Shown: positions 11,790 to 23,600, counted from the first letter of the stretch. The stretch: DNA of 42,152 bases from Chiloscyllium plagiosum (GCF_004010195.1 NW_025214490.1:2597-44748); one strand, 5' to 3'. The notes: generated from the sequence alone by a model not told the origin. Program-made: numbers and translations.

Positions 11790-14700
11790 TCCCCCTATCC
11801 CACCGCGAGCACCGTGTACAGTACCCCGGTCTCCCTATCCCACCGGGAGCTCCGTGTACAGTTCCCCGGTCTCCCTTTCCCACCGGGAGCTCAGTGTACA
11901 GTTCCCCGGTCTCCCTATCCCAATGGGAGCTCGGTGTACAGTTCCCCGGTCTCCCTATCCCACCGGGAGCCCGGTGTACAGTTCCCCGGTCTCCCTATCC
12001 CACCGGGAGCTCAGTGTACAGTTCCCCGGTCTCCCTATCCCACCGGGAGCACCGTGTACAGTTCCCCGGTCTCCCTATCCCACCGGGAGGTCGGTGTACA
12101 GTTCCCCGGTCTCCCTATCCCACCGGGAGCTCGGTGTACACTTCCCCGGTCTCCCTATCCCACCGGGAGCTCAATGTACAGCTCCCCAGTCTCCCTATCC
12201 CACCGGGAGCACCGTGTACAGATCCCCGGTCTCCCTATCCCACCGGGGGCACCCTGTACAGTTCCCCGGTCTCCCTATCCCACCGGAAGCACCGTGTACA
12301 GTTCCCCGGTCTCCCTATCCCACCGGGAGCTCAGTGTACACTTCCCCGGTCTCGTGTACAGTACCCCGGTCTCCCTATCCCACCGGGAGCACCGTGTACA
12401 CTTCCCCGGTCTCCCTATCCCAGAGCTCGGTGTACAGTTCCCCGGTCTCCCTATCCCACCGGGAGCTCGGTGTACAGTTCCCCGGTCTCCCTATCCCACC
12501 GGGAGCTCGGTTGTCAGTTCCCCGGTCTCCCTATCCCAACGGGAGCTCGGTGTACAGTTCCCCGGTCTCCCTATCCCACCGGGAGCCCGGTGTACAGTTC
12601 CCCGGTCTCCCTATCCCACCGGGAGATCCGTGTACAGTTCCCCGGTCTCCCTATCCCACCGGGAGCTCCGTGTACAGTTCCCCAGTCTCCCTATCCCACC
12701 GGGAGCTCGGTGTACAGCTCCCCGGTCTCCCTATCCCACCGGGAGCTCGGTGTGCACTTCCCCGGTCTCCCTATCCCACCGCGAGCACCGTGTACAGTTC
12801 CCCGGTCTCCCTATCCCACCGGGAGCTCAGTGTACACTTCCCCGGTCTCCCTATCCCACCGGGAGCTCAATGTACAGCTCCCCGGTCTCCCTATCCCACC
12901 GGGAGCACCGTGTACAGATCCCCGGTCTCCCTATCCGACCGGGGGCACCCTGTACAGTTCCCCGGTCTCCCTATCCCACCGGGAGCTCCGTGTACAGCTC
13001 CCCGGTCTCCCTATCCCACCGGGGGCTCGGTGTACAGCTCCCCGGTCTCCCTATCCCACCGGGAGCTCGGTGTACAGTTCCCCGGTCTCCCTATCCCACC
13101 GGGAGCTCGGTGTACAGTTCCCCGGTCTCCCTATCCCACCGGGAGCACCGTGTACAGTTCCCCATTCTCCCTATCCCACCGGAAGCACCGTGTACAGTTC
13201 CCCGGTCTCCCTATCCGACCGGGAGCTCAGTGTACAGTTCCCCGGTCTCCCTATCCCACCGGGAGCTCAGTGTACAGTTCCCCGGTCTCCCTATCCCACC
13301 GCGGGCTCGGTGTACAGTTCCCCGGTCTCCCTATCCCACCGAGAGCACCGTGTACAGTTCGCCGGACTCCCTATCCCACCGGGAGCTCAGTGTACAGTTC
13401 CCCGGTCTCCCTATCCCACCGGGAGCTCCGTGTACAGTTCCCCTGTCTCCCTATCCCACCGGGAGCTCGGTGTACAGTTCCCCACTCTCCCTATCCCACC
13501 GGGAGCACCGTGTACAGTTCCCCGGTCTCCCTATCCGACCGGGAGCTCAGTGTACAGTTCCCCTGTCTCCCTATCCCACCAGGAGCTCGGTTTACAGTTC
13601 CCCGGTCTCCCTATCCCACCGGGAGCACCGTATACAGTTCCCTGGTCTCCCTATCCCACCGGGAGCTCCGTGTACAGTTCCCCTGTCTCCCTATCCCACC
13701 GGGAGCTCGGTGTACAGTTCCCCACTCTCCCTATCCCACCGGGAGCACCGTATACAGTTCCCCAGTCTCCCTATCCCACCGGGAGCTCGGTGTACAGTTC
13801 CCCGGTCTCCCTATCCGACCGGGAGCTCAGTGTACAGTTCCCCGGTCTCCCTATCCGACCGGGAGCTCAGTGTACAGTTCCCCGGTCTCCCTATCCGACC
13901 GGGAGCTCAGTGTACAGTTCCCCGGTCTCCCTATCCGACCGGGAGCTCAGTGTACAGTTCCCCGGTCTCCCTATCCGACCGGGAGCTCAGTGTACAGTTC
14001 CCCGGTCTCCCTATCCGACCGGGAGCTCAGTGTACAGTTCCCCGGTCTCCCTATCCGACCGGGAGCTCAGTGTACAGTTCCCCGGTCTCCCTATCCGACC
14101 GGGAGCTCAGTGTACAGTTCCCCGGTCTCCCTATCCGACCGGGAGCTCAGTGTACAGTTCCCCGGTCTCCCTATCCCACCGGGAGCACCGTGTACAGTTC
14201 CCCGGTCTCCCTATCCGACCGGGAGCTCAGTGTACAGTTCCCCGGTCTCCCTATCCGACCGGGAGCTCAGTGTACAGTTCCCCGGTCTCCCTATCCGACC
14301 GGGAGCTCAGTGTACAGTTCCCCGGTCTCCCTATCCGACCGGGAGCTCAGTGTACAGTTCCCCGGTCTCCCTATCCGACCGGGAGCTCAGTGTACAGTTC
14401 CCCGGTCTCCCTATCCGACCGGGAGCTCAGTGTACAGTTCCCCGGTCTCCCTATCCGACCGGGAGCTCAGTGTACAGTTCCCCGGTCTCCCTATCCGACC
14501 GGGAGCTCAGTGTACAGTTCCCCGGTCTCCCTATCCGACCGGGAGCTCAGTGTACAGTTCCCCGGTCTCCCTATCCGACCGGGAGCTCAGTGTACAGTTC
14601 CCCGGTCTCCCTATCCGACCGGGAGCTCAGTGTACAGTTCCCCGGTCTCCCTATCCGACCGGGAGCTCAGTGTACAGTTCCCCGGTCTCCCTATCCGACC

Positions 14701-17700
14701 GGGAGCTCAGTGTACAGTTCCCCGGTCTCCCTATCCGACCGGGAGCTCAGTGTACAGTTCCCCTGTCTCCCTATCCCACCAGGAGCTCGGTTTACAGTTC
14801 CCCGGTCTCCCTATCCCACCGGGAGCACCGTGTACAGTTCCCCGGTCTCCCTATCCCACCGGGAGCACCGTGTACAGTTCCCCGGTCTCCCTATCCCACC
14901 GGGAGCACCGTGTACAGTTCCGCGGTCTCCCTATCCCAACAGGAGCTCCGTGTACAGTTCCCCGGTCTCCCTCTCCCACCGGGAGCACCGTGTACAGTTC
15001 CTCGGTCTCCCTATCCCACCGGGAGCTCAGTGTACAGTTCCCCGGTCTCCCTATGTCACCGTGTGCTCGGTGTACAGTTCCCCGGTCTCCCTATCCCACC
15101 GAGAGCACCGTGTACAGTTCCTCGGTCTCCCTATCCCACCGGGAGCTCGGTGTACAGTTCCCCGGTCTCCCTATCCCACCGGGAACACCGTGTACAGTTC
15201 CCCGGTCTCCCTATCCCACCGGGAGCGCCGTGTACAGTTCCCCGGTCTCCCTATACCACCGGAAGCACCGTGTACAGTTCCCCAGTCTCCCTATCCCACC
15301 GGGAGCACCTTGTACAGTTCCCCGGTCTCCCTATCCCACCGGGAGCACCATGTACACTTCCCCGGTCTCCCTATCCCACCGTTAGCACCATGCACAGTTC
15401 CCCGGTCTCCCTATCCCACCGGGAGCACCGTGTGCAGTTCCCCGGTCTCCCTATCCCACCGGGAGCTCAGTGTACAGTTCCACGGTCTCCCTATCCCACC
15501 GGGAGCACTGTGTACAGCTCCCCAGACTCCCTATCCCACAGGGAGCTCGGTGTACAGTTCCCCGGTCTCCCTATCCCACAGGGAGCTCCGTGTACAGTTC
15601 CACGGTCTCCCTATCCCACCGGGAGCACTATGTACAGCTCCCCAGACTCCCTATCCCACAGGGAGCTCGGTGTACAGTTCCCCGGTCTCCCTATCCCACC
15701 GGGAGCACCGTGTACAGTTCCCCGGTCTCCCTATCCCACCGGGAGCTCAGTGTACAGTTCCCCGGTCTCCCTAACCCACCGGAGCTCAGTGTACAGTTCC
15801 CCGGTCCCCCTATCCCACCGGGTGCTCAGTGTACAGTTCACCGGTCTCCCTATCCCACCGAGAGCTCGGTGTACAGTTCCCCGGTCTCCCTATCCCACCG
15901 AGAGCACCGTGTACAGCTCCCCGGTCTCCCTATCCCACCGGGAGCACCGTGTACAGTTCCCCGGTCTCCCTATCCCACCGGGAGCTCGGTGTACAGCTCC
16001 CCGGTCTCCCTATCCCACAGGGAGCTCTGTGTACAGCTCCCCCGTCTCCCTATCCCACCGGGAGCACCGTGTACAGTTCCCCGGTCTCCCTATCCCACCG
16101 GGAGCTCGGTGTACAGCTCCCCGGTCTCCCTATCCCACCGGGAGCTCAGTGTACAGTTCCCCATTCTCCCTCTCCCACCGGGAGCACCGTGTACAGTTCC
16201 CCGGTCTCCCTATCCCACCAGGAGCACCGTGTACAATTCTCCGGTCTCCCTATCCCACCGGGAGCACTGTGTACAGCTCCCCGGTCTCCCTATCCCACCG
16301 GGAGCTCAGTGTACAGTTCCCCAGTCTCCCTATCCCACCGGGAGCTCAGTGTACAGTTCCCCGGTCTCCCTATCCCACCAGGAGCTCAGTGTACAGTTCC
16401 CCGGTCTCCCTATCCCACTGAGAGCTCGGTGTACAGTTCCCCGGTCTCCCTATCCCACCGAGAGCACCGTGTACAGCTCCCCGGTTGCCCTATCCCACAG
16501 GGAGCTCTGTGTACAGCTCCCCGTTCTCCCTATCCCCTCGGGAGCACCGTGTACAGTTCCCCGGTCACCCTATCCCACCAGGAGCACCATGTACAGTTCC
16601 CCGGTCTCCCTATCCCACCGAAAGCTCTGTGTACGGTTCCTCGGTCTCCCTATCCCACCGGGAGCACCGTGTTCAGCTCCCCGGTCTGCCGATACCACAG
16701 GGAGCTCCGTGTACAGTTCCCCGGTCTCCCTATCCCAACGCGAGCACCGTGTACAGTTCCCCGGTCTCCCTATCGCACCGGGAGCACCATGTGCAGCTCC
16801 CCGGTCTCCCTATCCCACAGGGAGCTCTGTGTACAGTTCCCTTGTCTCCCTGTCCTAACGCGAGCATCGTGTACAATTCCCCAGTCTCCGTATCCCACCG
16901 GGACCACCGTGTACAGTTCCCCGGTCTCCCTATCCCACCGGGAGCTCAGTGTAGAGTTCCCCGGTCTCCCTATCCCACCGGAAGCTCAGTGTACAGTTCC
17001 CCGGTCTTCCTATCCCACCGGGAGCTCGGTGTACAGTCCCCCGGTCTCCCTATCCCACCAGGAGCTCAGTGTACAGTTCCCCGGTCTCCCTATCCCACCG
17101 GGAGCTCAGTGTACAGTTCCCCGGTCTCCCTATCCCACCGGGAGCTCAGTGTACAGTTGCCCGGTCTCCCTGTCCCACCGGGAGCACCGTGTACAGTTCC
17201 CTGGTCTCCCTATCCCACCGGGAGCACCGTGTTCAGCTCCACGGTCTCCCTATCCCACAGGGAGCTCCGTGTACAGTTCCCCGGTCTCCCTATCCCAACG
17301 CGAGCACTGTGTACAGTTCCCCAGTCTCCCTATCCCACCGGGAGCACCGTGTACAGCTCCCCGGTCTCCCTATCCTAGCGGGAACTCGGTGTACAGTTCC
17401 CCGGTCTCCCTATCCCACCGGGCGCTCTGTGTACAGTTCCCTTGTCTCCCTATCCCACCGGAGCACCGTGTACAGTTCCCCGGTCTCCCTATCCGACCGG
17501 GAGCTCAGTGTACAGTTCCCCGGTCTCCCTATCCTAGCGGGAACTCGGTGTACAGTTCCCCGGTCTCCCTATCCCACCGGGGGCTCTGTGTACAGTTCCC
17601 TTGTCTCCCTGTTCTAACGCGAGCACCGTGTACAATTCCGGAGTCTCCGTATCCCACCGGGACCACCGTGTACAGTTCCCCGGTCTCCCTATCCCACCGG

Positions 17701-20700
17701 GAGCTCAGTGTACAGCTCCCCGGTCTCCCTATCTCACCGGGAGCTCGGTGTACAGTTCCCCGGTCTCCCTGTCCCACCGGAAGCTCAGTGTACAGTTCCC
17801 CGGTCTCCCTATCCCACCGGGAGCTCAGTGTACAGTTCCCCGGTCTCCCTATCCCACCGGGAGCACCGTGTACAGTTCCCCAGTCTCCCTATCCCACCGG
17901 GAGCTCAGTGTACAGTTCCCCGGTCTCCCTATCCCACCGGGAGCACCGTGTACAGCTCTCCGGTCTCCCTATCCCACCGGGAGCTCAGTGTACAGTTCCC
18001 CGGTCTCCCTATCACACCGGGAGCACCGTGTACAGTTCCCCGGTCTCCCTATCCCGCCGGGATCACCGTGTACAGTTCCCCGGTCTCCCTATCCCGCCGG
18101 GAGCACCTTGTACAGTTCCCCGGTCTCCCTATCCCACCAGGAGCTCAGTGTACAGTTCCCCGGTCTCCCTATCCTACCAGGAGCTCAGTGTAGAGTTCCC
18201 CGGTCTCCCTATCCCACCGGGAGCTCGGTGTACAGTTCCCTGGTCTCCCTATCCCACCAGGAGCTCAGTGCACAGTTCCCCGGTCTCCCTATCCCACAGA
18301 GAGCACCGTGTACAGTTCCCCGGTCTCCCTATCCCACCGGGAGCTCAGTGTACAGTTCCCTGGTCTCCCTATCCCACCGGGAGCACCGTGTACAGTACCC
18401 CAGTCTCCCTATCCCACAGAGAGCACCGTGTGCAGTTCCCCGTCTCCATATCCCACCGGGAGCTCAGTGTACAGCTCCCCGGTCTCCCTATCCCACAGAG
18501 AGCACCGTGTACAGTTCCCCGGTCTCCCTATCCCACCGGGAGCACCGTGTACAGTTCCCCGGAATCCGTATCCCACCGGGAGCACCGTGTACAGTTCCCT
18601 TGTCTCCCTGTTCTAACGCGAGCACCGTGTACAATTCCCCAGTCTCCGTATCCCACCGGGACCACCGTGTACAGTTCCCCGGTCTCCCTATCCCACCGGG
18701 AGCTCAGTGTACAGCTCCCCAGTCTCCCTATCCCACCGGAAGCTCAGTGTACAGTTCCCCGGTCTTCCTATCCCACCGGGAGCTCGGTGTACAGTTCCCC
18801 GATCTCCCTATCCCGCCGGGAGCACCACGTACAGTTCCCCGGTCTCCCTCTCCCACCAGAAGCTCAGTGTATAGTTCCCCGGTCTCCCTATCGCACCGGG
18901 AGCTCAGTGTACAGTTCCCCGGTCTCCCTATCCCACCGGGAGCTCCGTGTACAGTTCCCCGGTCTCCCTATCCCACAGGGAGCACCGTGTACAGTTCCCC
19001 GGTCTCCCTATCCCACCGGGAGCACCGTGTACAGTTCCCCGGTCTCCATATCCCACCGAGAGCTCGGTGTACAGTTCCCCGGTCTCCCTATCCCACTGGG
19101 AGCACCGTGTACAGTTCCCCGGTCTCCCTATCCCACCGGGAGCTCAGTGTACAGTTCCCCAGTCTCCCTATCCCACCGGGAGCACCGTGTACAGTTCCCC
19201 AGTCTCCCTCTCCCACCGGGAGATCAGTGTACAGTTCCCCAGTCTCCCTATCCCACCGGGAGCTCCGTGTACAGTTCCCCGGTCTCCCTCTCCAACCGGG
19301 AGCTCCGTGTACAGCTCCCCGGTCTCCCTATCCCACCGGGAGCTCAGTGTACAGTTCCCCGGTCTCCCTATCCCACCGGGAGCTCAGTGTACAGTTCCCC
19401 GGTCTCCCTATCCCACCGGGAGCACCGTGTACAGTTCCCCGGTCTCCCTATCCCACCGGGAGCTCAGTGTACAGTTCCCCGGTCTCCCTATCCCACCGGG
19501 AGCTCAGTGTACAGCTCCCCGGTCTCCCTATCCCACCGGGAGCTCCGTGTACAGTTCCCCGGTCTCCCTATCCCACCGGGAGCTCAGTGTACAGCTCCCC
19601 GGTCTCCCTATCCCACCGGGAGCTCCGTGTACAGTTCCCCGGTCTCCCTATCCCACCGGGAGCTCAGTGTACAGTTCCCCGGTGTCCCTATCCCACCGGG
19701 AGCACCGTGTACAGTTCCCCGGTCTCCCTATCCCACCGGGAGCTCAGTGTACAGTTCCCCGGTTTCCCTATCCCACCGGGAGCACCGTGTACAGTTCCCC
19801 GGTCTCCCTATCCCACCGGGAGCTGCACGTACAGTTCCCCGGTCTCCCTATCCCACCGGATGCACCGTGTACAGTTCCCCGGTCTCCCTATCCCACCGGG
19901 ATCACCGTGTACAGTTCCCCGGTCTCCCCATCCCACCGGGAGCACCGTGTACAGTTCCCCGGTCTCCCTATCCCAGCGGGAGCTCGGTGTACAGTTCCCC
20001 GGTCTCCCTATCCCACCGGGTGCTCCGTGTACGGCTCCCCGGTCTCCCTATCCCACCGGGAGCTCTGTGTACTGTTCCCCGGTCTCCCTATCCTACCGGG
20101 AGCACCGTGTACAGTTCCCCGGTCTCCCTATCCCACCGGGCGCTCAGTATACAGTTCCCCGGTCTCCCTATCCCACCTGGAGCTCAGTGTACAGTTCCCC
20201 GGTCTCCCTATCCCACCGGGAGCACCGTGTACAGTTCCCCGGTCTCCCTATCCCACCGGGAGCTCAGTGTACAGTTCCCCGTTCTCCCTATCCCACCGGC
20301 AGCACCGTGTACAGTTCCCCGGTATCCGTATCCCACCGGGAGCACCGTGTACAGTTCCCCGGTCGCCCTATCCCACCGGGAGCTCAGTGTACAGTTCCCC
20401 GGTCTCCCTATCCCACCGGGAGCTCGTTGTACAGTTCCCCAGTCTCCCTATCCCACCGTGAGCACCGTGTACATTTCCCCGGTCCCCCTATCCCACCGGG
20501 AGCACCGTGTACAGTTCCCCGGTCCCCCTATCCCACCGGGAGCTCAGTGTACAGTTCCCCGGTCCCCCTTTCCCACCGGGAGCACCGTGTACAGTTGCCC
20601 GGTCTCCCTATCCCACCGGGAGCACCGTGTACAGTTGCCCGGTCCCCCTATCCCACCGGGAGCTCAGTGTACAGTTGCCCGGTCTCCCTATCCCACCGGG

Positions 20701-20722
20701 AGCACCGTGTACAGTTGCCCAG
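11790..20722. repeat. 40-bp intronic minisatellite (~220 copies)
   Basis: Unit ccctatcccaccgggagctcagtgtacagttccccggtct. The consensus has no stop in any + frame, which explains the 1000-1700 aa ORFs. Confidence 0.97.
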
Positions 20723-20794
20723 TCTGTGTATCTCCCTTGATGTGCCCGGCTGACATCTCTCTCTCTCTCTCTCTCTCCGTAACCTCCCTGGCAG

Positions 20795-21138
20795 CTCGCC
20801 AGCCGTCTGCGCCCACCGTGCACCTGTACCAGCCACCCCCCGAGCAGCTCGCCTTCCCAGGCCACGACGTGACCCTGACATGCCTGGCCAGCGGCTTTTA
20901 CCCAGGGTACATCCGTGCCCGCTGGACAATGGACGGCAAGGAGGCCGAGCGCCGGCTGGTGACGGAGGCGGTGCCCGCGCCGGGGGGCACCGACGGCAGC
21001 TACAGCTGGAGCGGCTACCTGACCCTGACCGCCGACGAGTGGCACGCACACTCTCGCTTCTCTTGCGAGCTCCACCACGAGTCGAGTGCGGAGCCGGTGG
21101 TGGGCACCCTCGACAGGGGCTCCTGCCCGCTCTCCTAA
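20795..21138 (+). CDS. C1-set constant exon, lambda-light-chain-like, terminal exon of the VJ-C1 gene
   Basis: (CT)n tract plus AG at 20793-94 (phase 1, matching the VJ donor; junction codon ACT). Reads (T)RQPSAPTVHLYQPPPEQLAFPGHDVTLTCLASGFYPGYIRARWTMDGKEAERRLVTEAVPAPGGTDGSYSWSGYLTLTADEWHAHSRFSCELHHESSAEPVVGTLDRGSCPLS*. C1 motifs CLASGFYP, W, YSWSGYL and FSCELHH; C-terminal Cys at 21124. Confidence 0.93.
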
Positions 21139-21160
21139 CTCTGTCTGCGCCAATGGATAC

Positions 21161-21166
21161 AATAAA
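21161..21166 (+). terminator. Polyadenylation signal of the VJ-C1 gene
   Basis: AATAAA 22 nt after the stop, followed by a T-rich tract (ctctttcgttctttg) at ~21191-21205. Confidence 0.75.
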
Positions 21167-21559
21167 GGCAACCCCTCTGGTCTGACACGACTCTTTCGTT
21201 CTTTGACGCGTCGGTTGGCGGCCTGTGGCCGCGTGCCTCGGCGGGGTGGGTGGGGGAAGAGGATGAGAACTCCGGGCGCGCGTCGGCTGAGCTTTTCCGT
21301 GGACCCGGCTCCGAGGGGCGGTTGGGAGGCCGCGGGGCCCGGAGTCACGTGGAGGCCGGGAGTGAGGCCTACTTTCCACTGCGCCAGCCTCCCCCCTGCG
21401 CAGGGTGGCGAGTGTGGCTCGGTGGGGGGTGGGGGGGTTGAGGGGGGGAGTCTGCCCGTGTATCCAAGGGAGGATGGTTCTGGTTACGGAAGGAGGGAAG
21501 GGGAGATTGGACGGAGAGAGAGAGAGGGAGCAGATCGGGTTAGGACGGTATTCTTAACA

Positions 21560-21985
21560 ACTCTGAGCGGGAGTAGGCCGTCTCTCCTTTCCAGCCCGCT
21601 CCACCATGCAATACGATCAGGGCTAATCTTTCTCTGGCCTTAGCTACACTCACCCGCCCTCTCACCGTAACCCTTAATCCCTTTACTGTTCAAAACAAAA
21701 ATCTATCTGAGCTTTAAAAAACATTAACTGAGAAAGCCTCAACCACTTCCCTGAGCAGGGAATTATATTGACGATCCTTCCCAATTCAGTCCTAATCTTG
21801 AGGCTATGCCCTCCCATCCTAGTCTCACCTGCCTGTGGAAACATCCCCTCTACCTCTGTCTTGTCCGGTGCCTTCACCATTTTATAGGTTTCTATAAGAC
21901 TCCCCCCCCTTATTCTTCTGAATTCGGATGAAGATATAATCCCTGTCCACTCAGCCTCTCCTCATAAGACCACTCCCTCAACTCG
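21560..21985 (-). mobile_element. CR1 3'-end fragment
   Basis: Minus-strand translation EGMFPQAGETRMGGHSLKI resembles the CR1 ORF2 C-terminus. Confidence 0.65.
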
Positions 21986-22074
21986 GATGGCTTGAAATAA
22001 TGTTTTCAGCTCCGTCACGCGTGGCAGTGCATTCAGAAACACCTCATTTGGCATCGCCAGGCAAAGCCACGCCC

Positions 22075-22360
22075 TTTGAGGAGGTGACGAGACAGGTTGA
22101 TGAAGGTCGAGCAGTGGATGTAGTGTATGTGGACTTCAGCCACGCATTTGATCAGGTTCCCCATGGTAGGCTCATTCGTAAAGTCAGGAGGTACGGGATA
22201 CAGGGAGATTTGGCTATCTGGACTCAGAATTGGTTGGCTGACAGAAGGCAGAAAGTGGTTGCAGATGGAAAGTACTCTACCTGGAGGTCAGTGTTAAGTG
22301 GGAGGAAGGAGAGAGGAGCTGAATATTATTTAAACGGGGAAAGACTGGGGAACGCCGCAG
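22075..22360 (+). mobile_element. CR1 reverse transcriptase fragment
   Basis: Translates to FEEVTRQVDEGRAVDVVYVDFSHAFDQVPHGRLIRKV...WTQNWLADRRQKVV. Confidence 0.88.
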
Positions 22361-22714
22361 GACAGAATATAACGTGGGGAAATTCAGCCCTCACACTCTG
22401 TGCATGAAATTCACAAGTAAATATAAATCAAACAGCAATACGATAAATAATAACAAAAGGCAGCGAGAGACAGTCACCAAAGGGCTACCACGGGGACCGC
22501 GGGCCCTGAATTGCCTCTTGCTCTGCACTTGGTTGCTTTATCAAAGCGGACAATTTTGCAAAGAAATGCTGCTGAGTTTTGCATTTGCAGAAACTCAGCT
22601 CAGGCAGTAATGCCCAGGTCAGTGAAGGGACTGGGGGGGGCAAGGGATGGCACAGGGGTTGGTCCCCTGCAGATCCCTACTGAAGCAAGGGTGTTGCTGC
22701 CTTGGTCCTCCTGC

Positions 22715-23600
22715 CAAGAGAGGGCGCTGACACGGGGCTGAGCTGGTCCTCCAGAGGGCGCTGACACAGGGCTGTGTCTGTCCTCCCGCATCCAGAGGGC
22801 GCTGACACAGGGCTGAATCGGTCCTCCCGCCTCCAGAGGGCACTGACACAGGGCTGTGTCTGTCCTCCCGCCTCCAGATGGCGCTGACACAGGGCTGTGT
22901 CTGTCCTCCCGCCTCCAGAGGGCGCGGACACAGCGCTGTGTCTGTCCTCCCGGCTCCAGAGGGCGCTGACACAGCGCTGTGTCGGTCCTCCCGCCTCCAG
23001 ATGGCGCTGACACAGGGCTGTGTCTGTCCTCCCGCCTCCAGATGGCGCTGACACAGGGCTGTGTCTGTTTTCCCGCCTCCCGAGGGTACTGACACAGCGC
23101 TGTGTCGGTCCTCCCGGCTCCAGATGGCGCTGGCACAGGGCTGTGTCTGTCCTCCCGGCTCCAGATGGCGCTGACACAGGGCTGTGTCTGTCCTCCCGCC
23201 TCCAGATGGCGCTGACACAGGGCTGTGTCTGTCCTCCCGACTCCAGATGGCGCTGGCACAGCGCCGTGTCTGTCCTCCCGGCTCCAGAGGGCGCTGACAC
23301 AGCGCTGTGTCGGTCCTCCCGCCTCCAGATGGCGCTGGCACAGGGCTGTGTCTGTCCTCCCGCCTCCAGATGGCGCTGACACAGGGCTGTGTAGGTCCTC
23401 CCGCCTCAGGAGGGCGCCGACCCAGGACTGAGTTGTCCTGCCGCTGCCAGAGGGCGCTGACAAAGTGACCGAGATGGTCTTCCCAACACCTGAGGGCGTT
23501 GTTGACAGGATGGAGTTGGTCCTCCCACCACCAGAGGGCGGTGAGTCTTGGTGGTGTGTGTGTGTTGTTTTGGACCTCCCACCATTGGAGGGCGCGGCTA
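22715..23600 (+). repeat. 41-bp minisatellite (~17 regular copies plus degenerate flanks) with a CTCF-like motif per unit
   Basis: Unit ctccaga(g/t)ggcgctgacacagggctgtgtctgtcctcccgc. CCTCCAGA(G/T)GGCGC resembles the CTCF core. The repeat is certain; CTCF binding is inferred. Confidence 0.85.

Noticed and set aside
11684-20753. Giant 1000-1700 aa Pro/Ser-rich ORFs as stand-alone genes
   Set aside because: They appear in all three + frames because the 40-bp unit has no stop codon, and the region is bounded by canonical phase-matched splice sites.
20795-21138. TCR, IgH, IgNAR or MHC identity for the C exon
   Set aside because: A single C1 with a stop in the same exon, a terminal Cys and lambda-like motifs; no connecting peptide, TM segment or further C exons seen.
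22577-22589. Octamer-like TTTTGCAT/ATTTGCAG as an Ig enhancer
   Set aside because: One-mismatch matches are expected by chance and have no supporting context.
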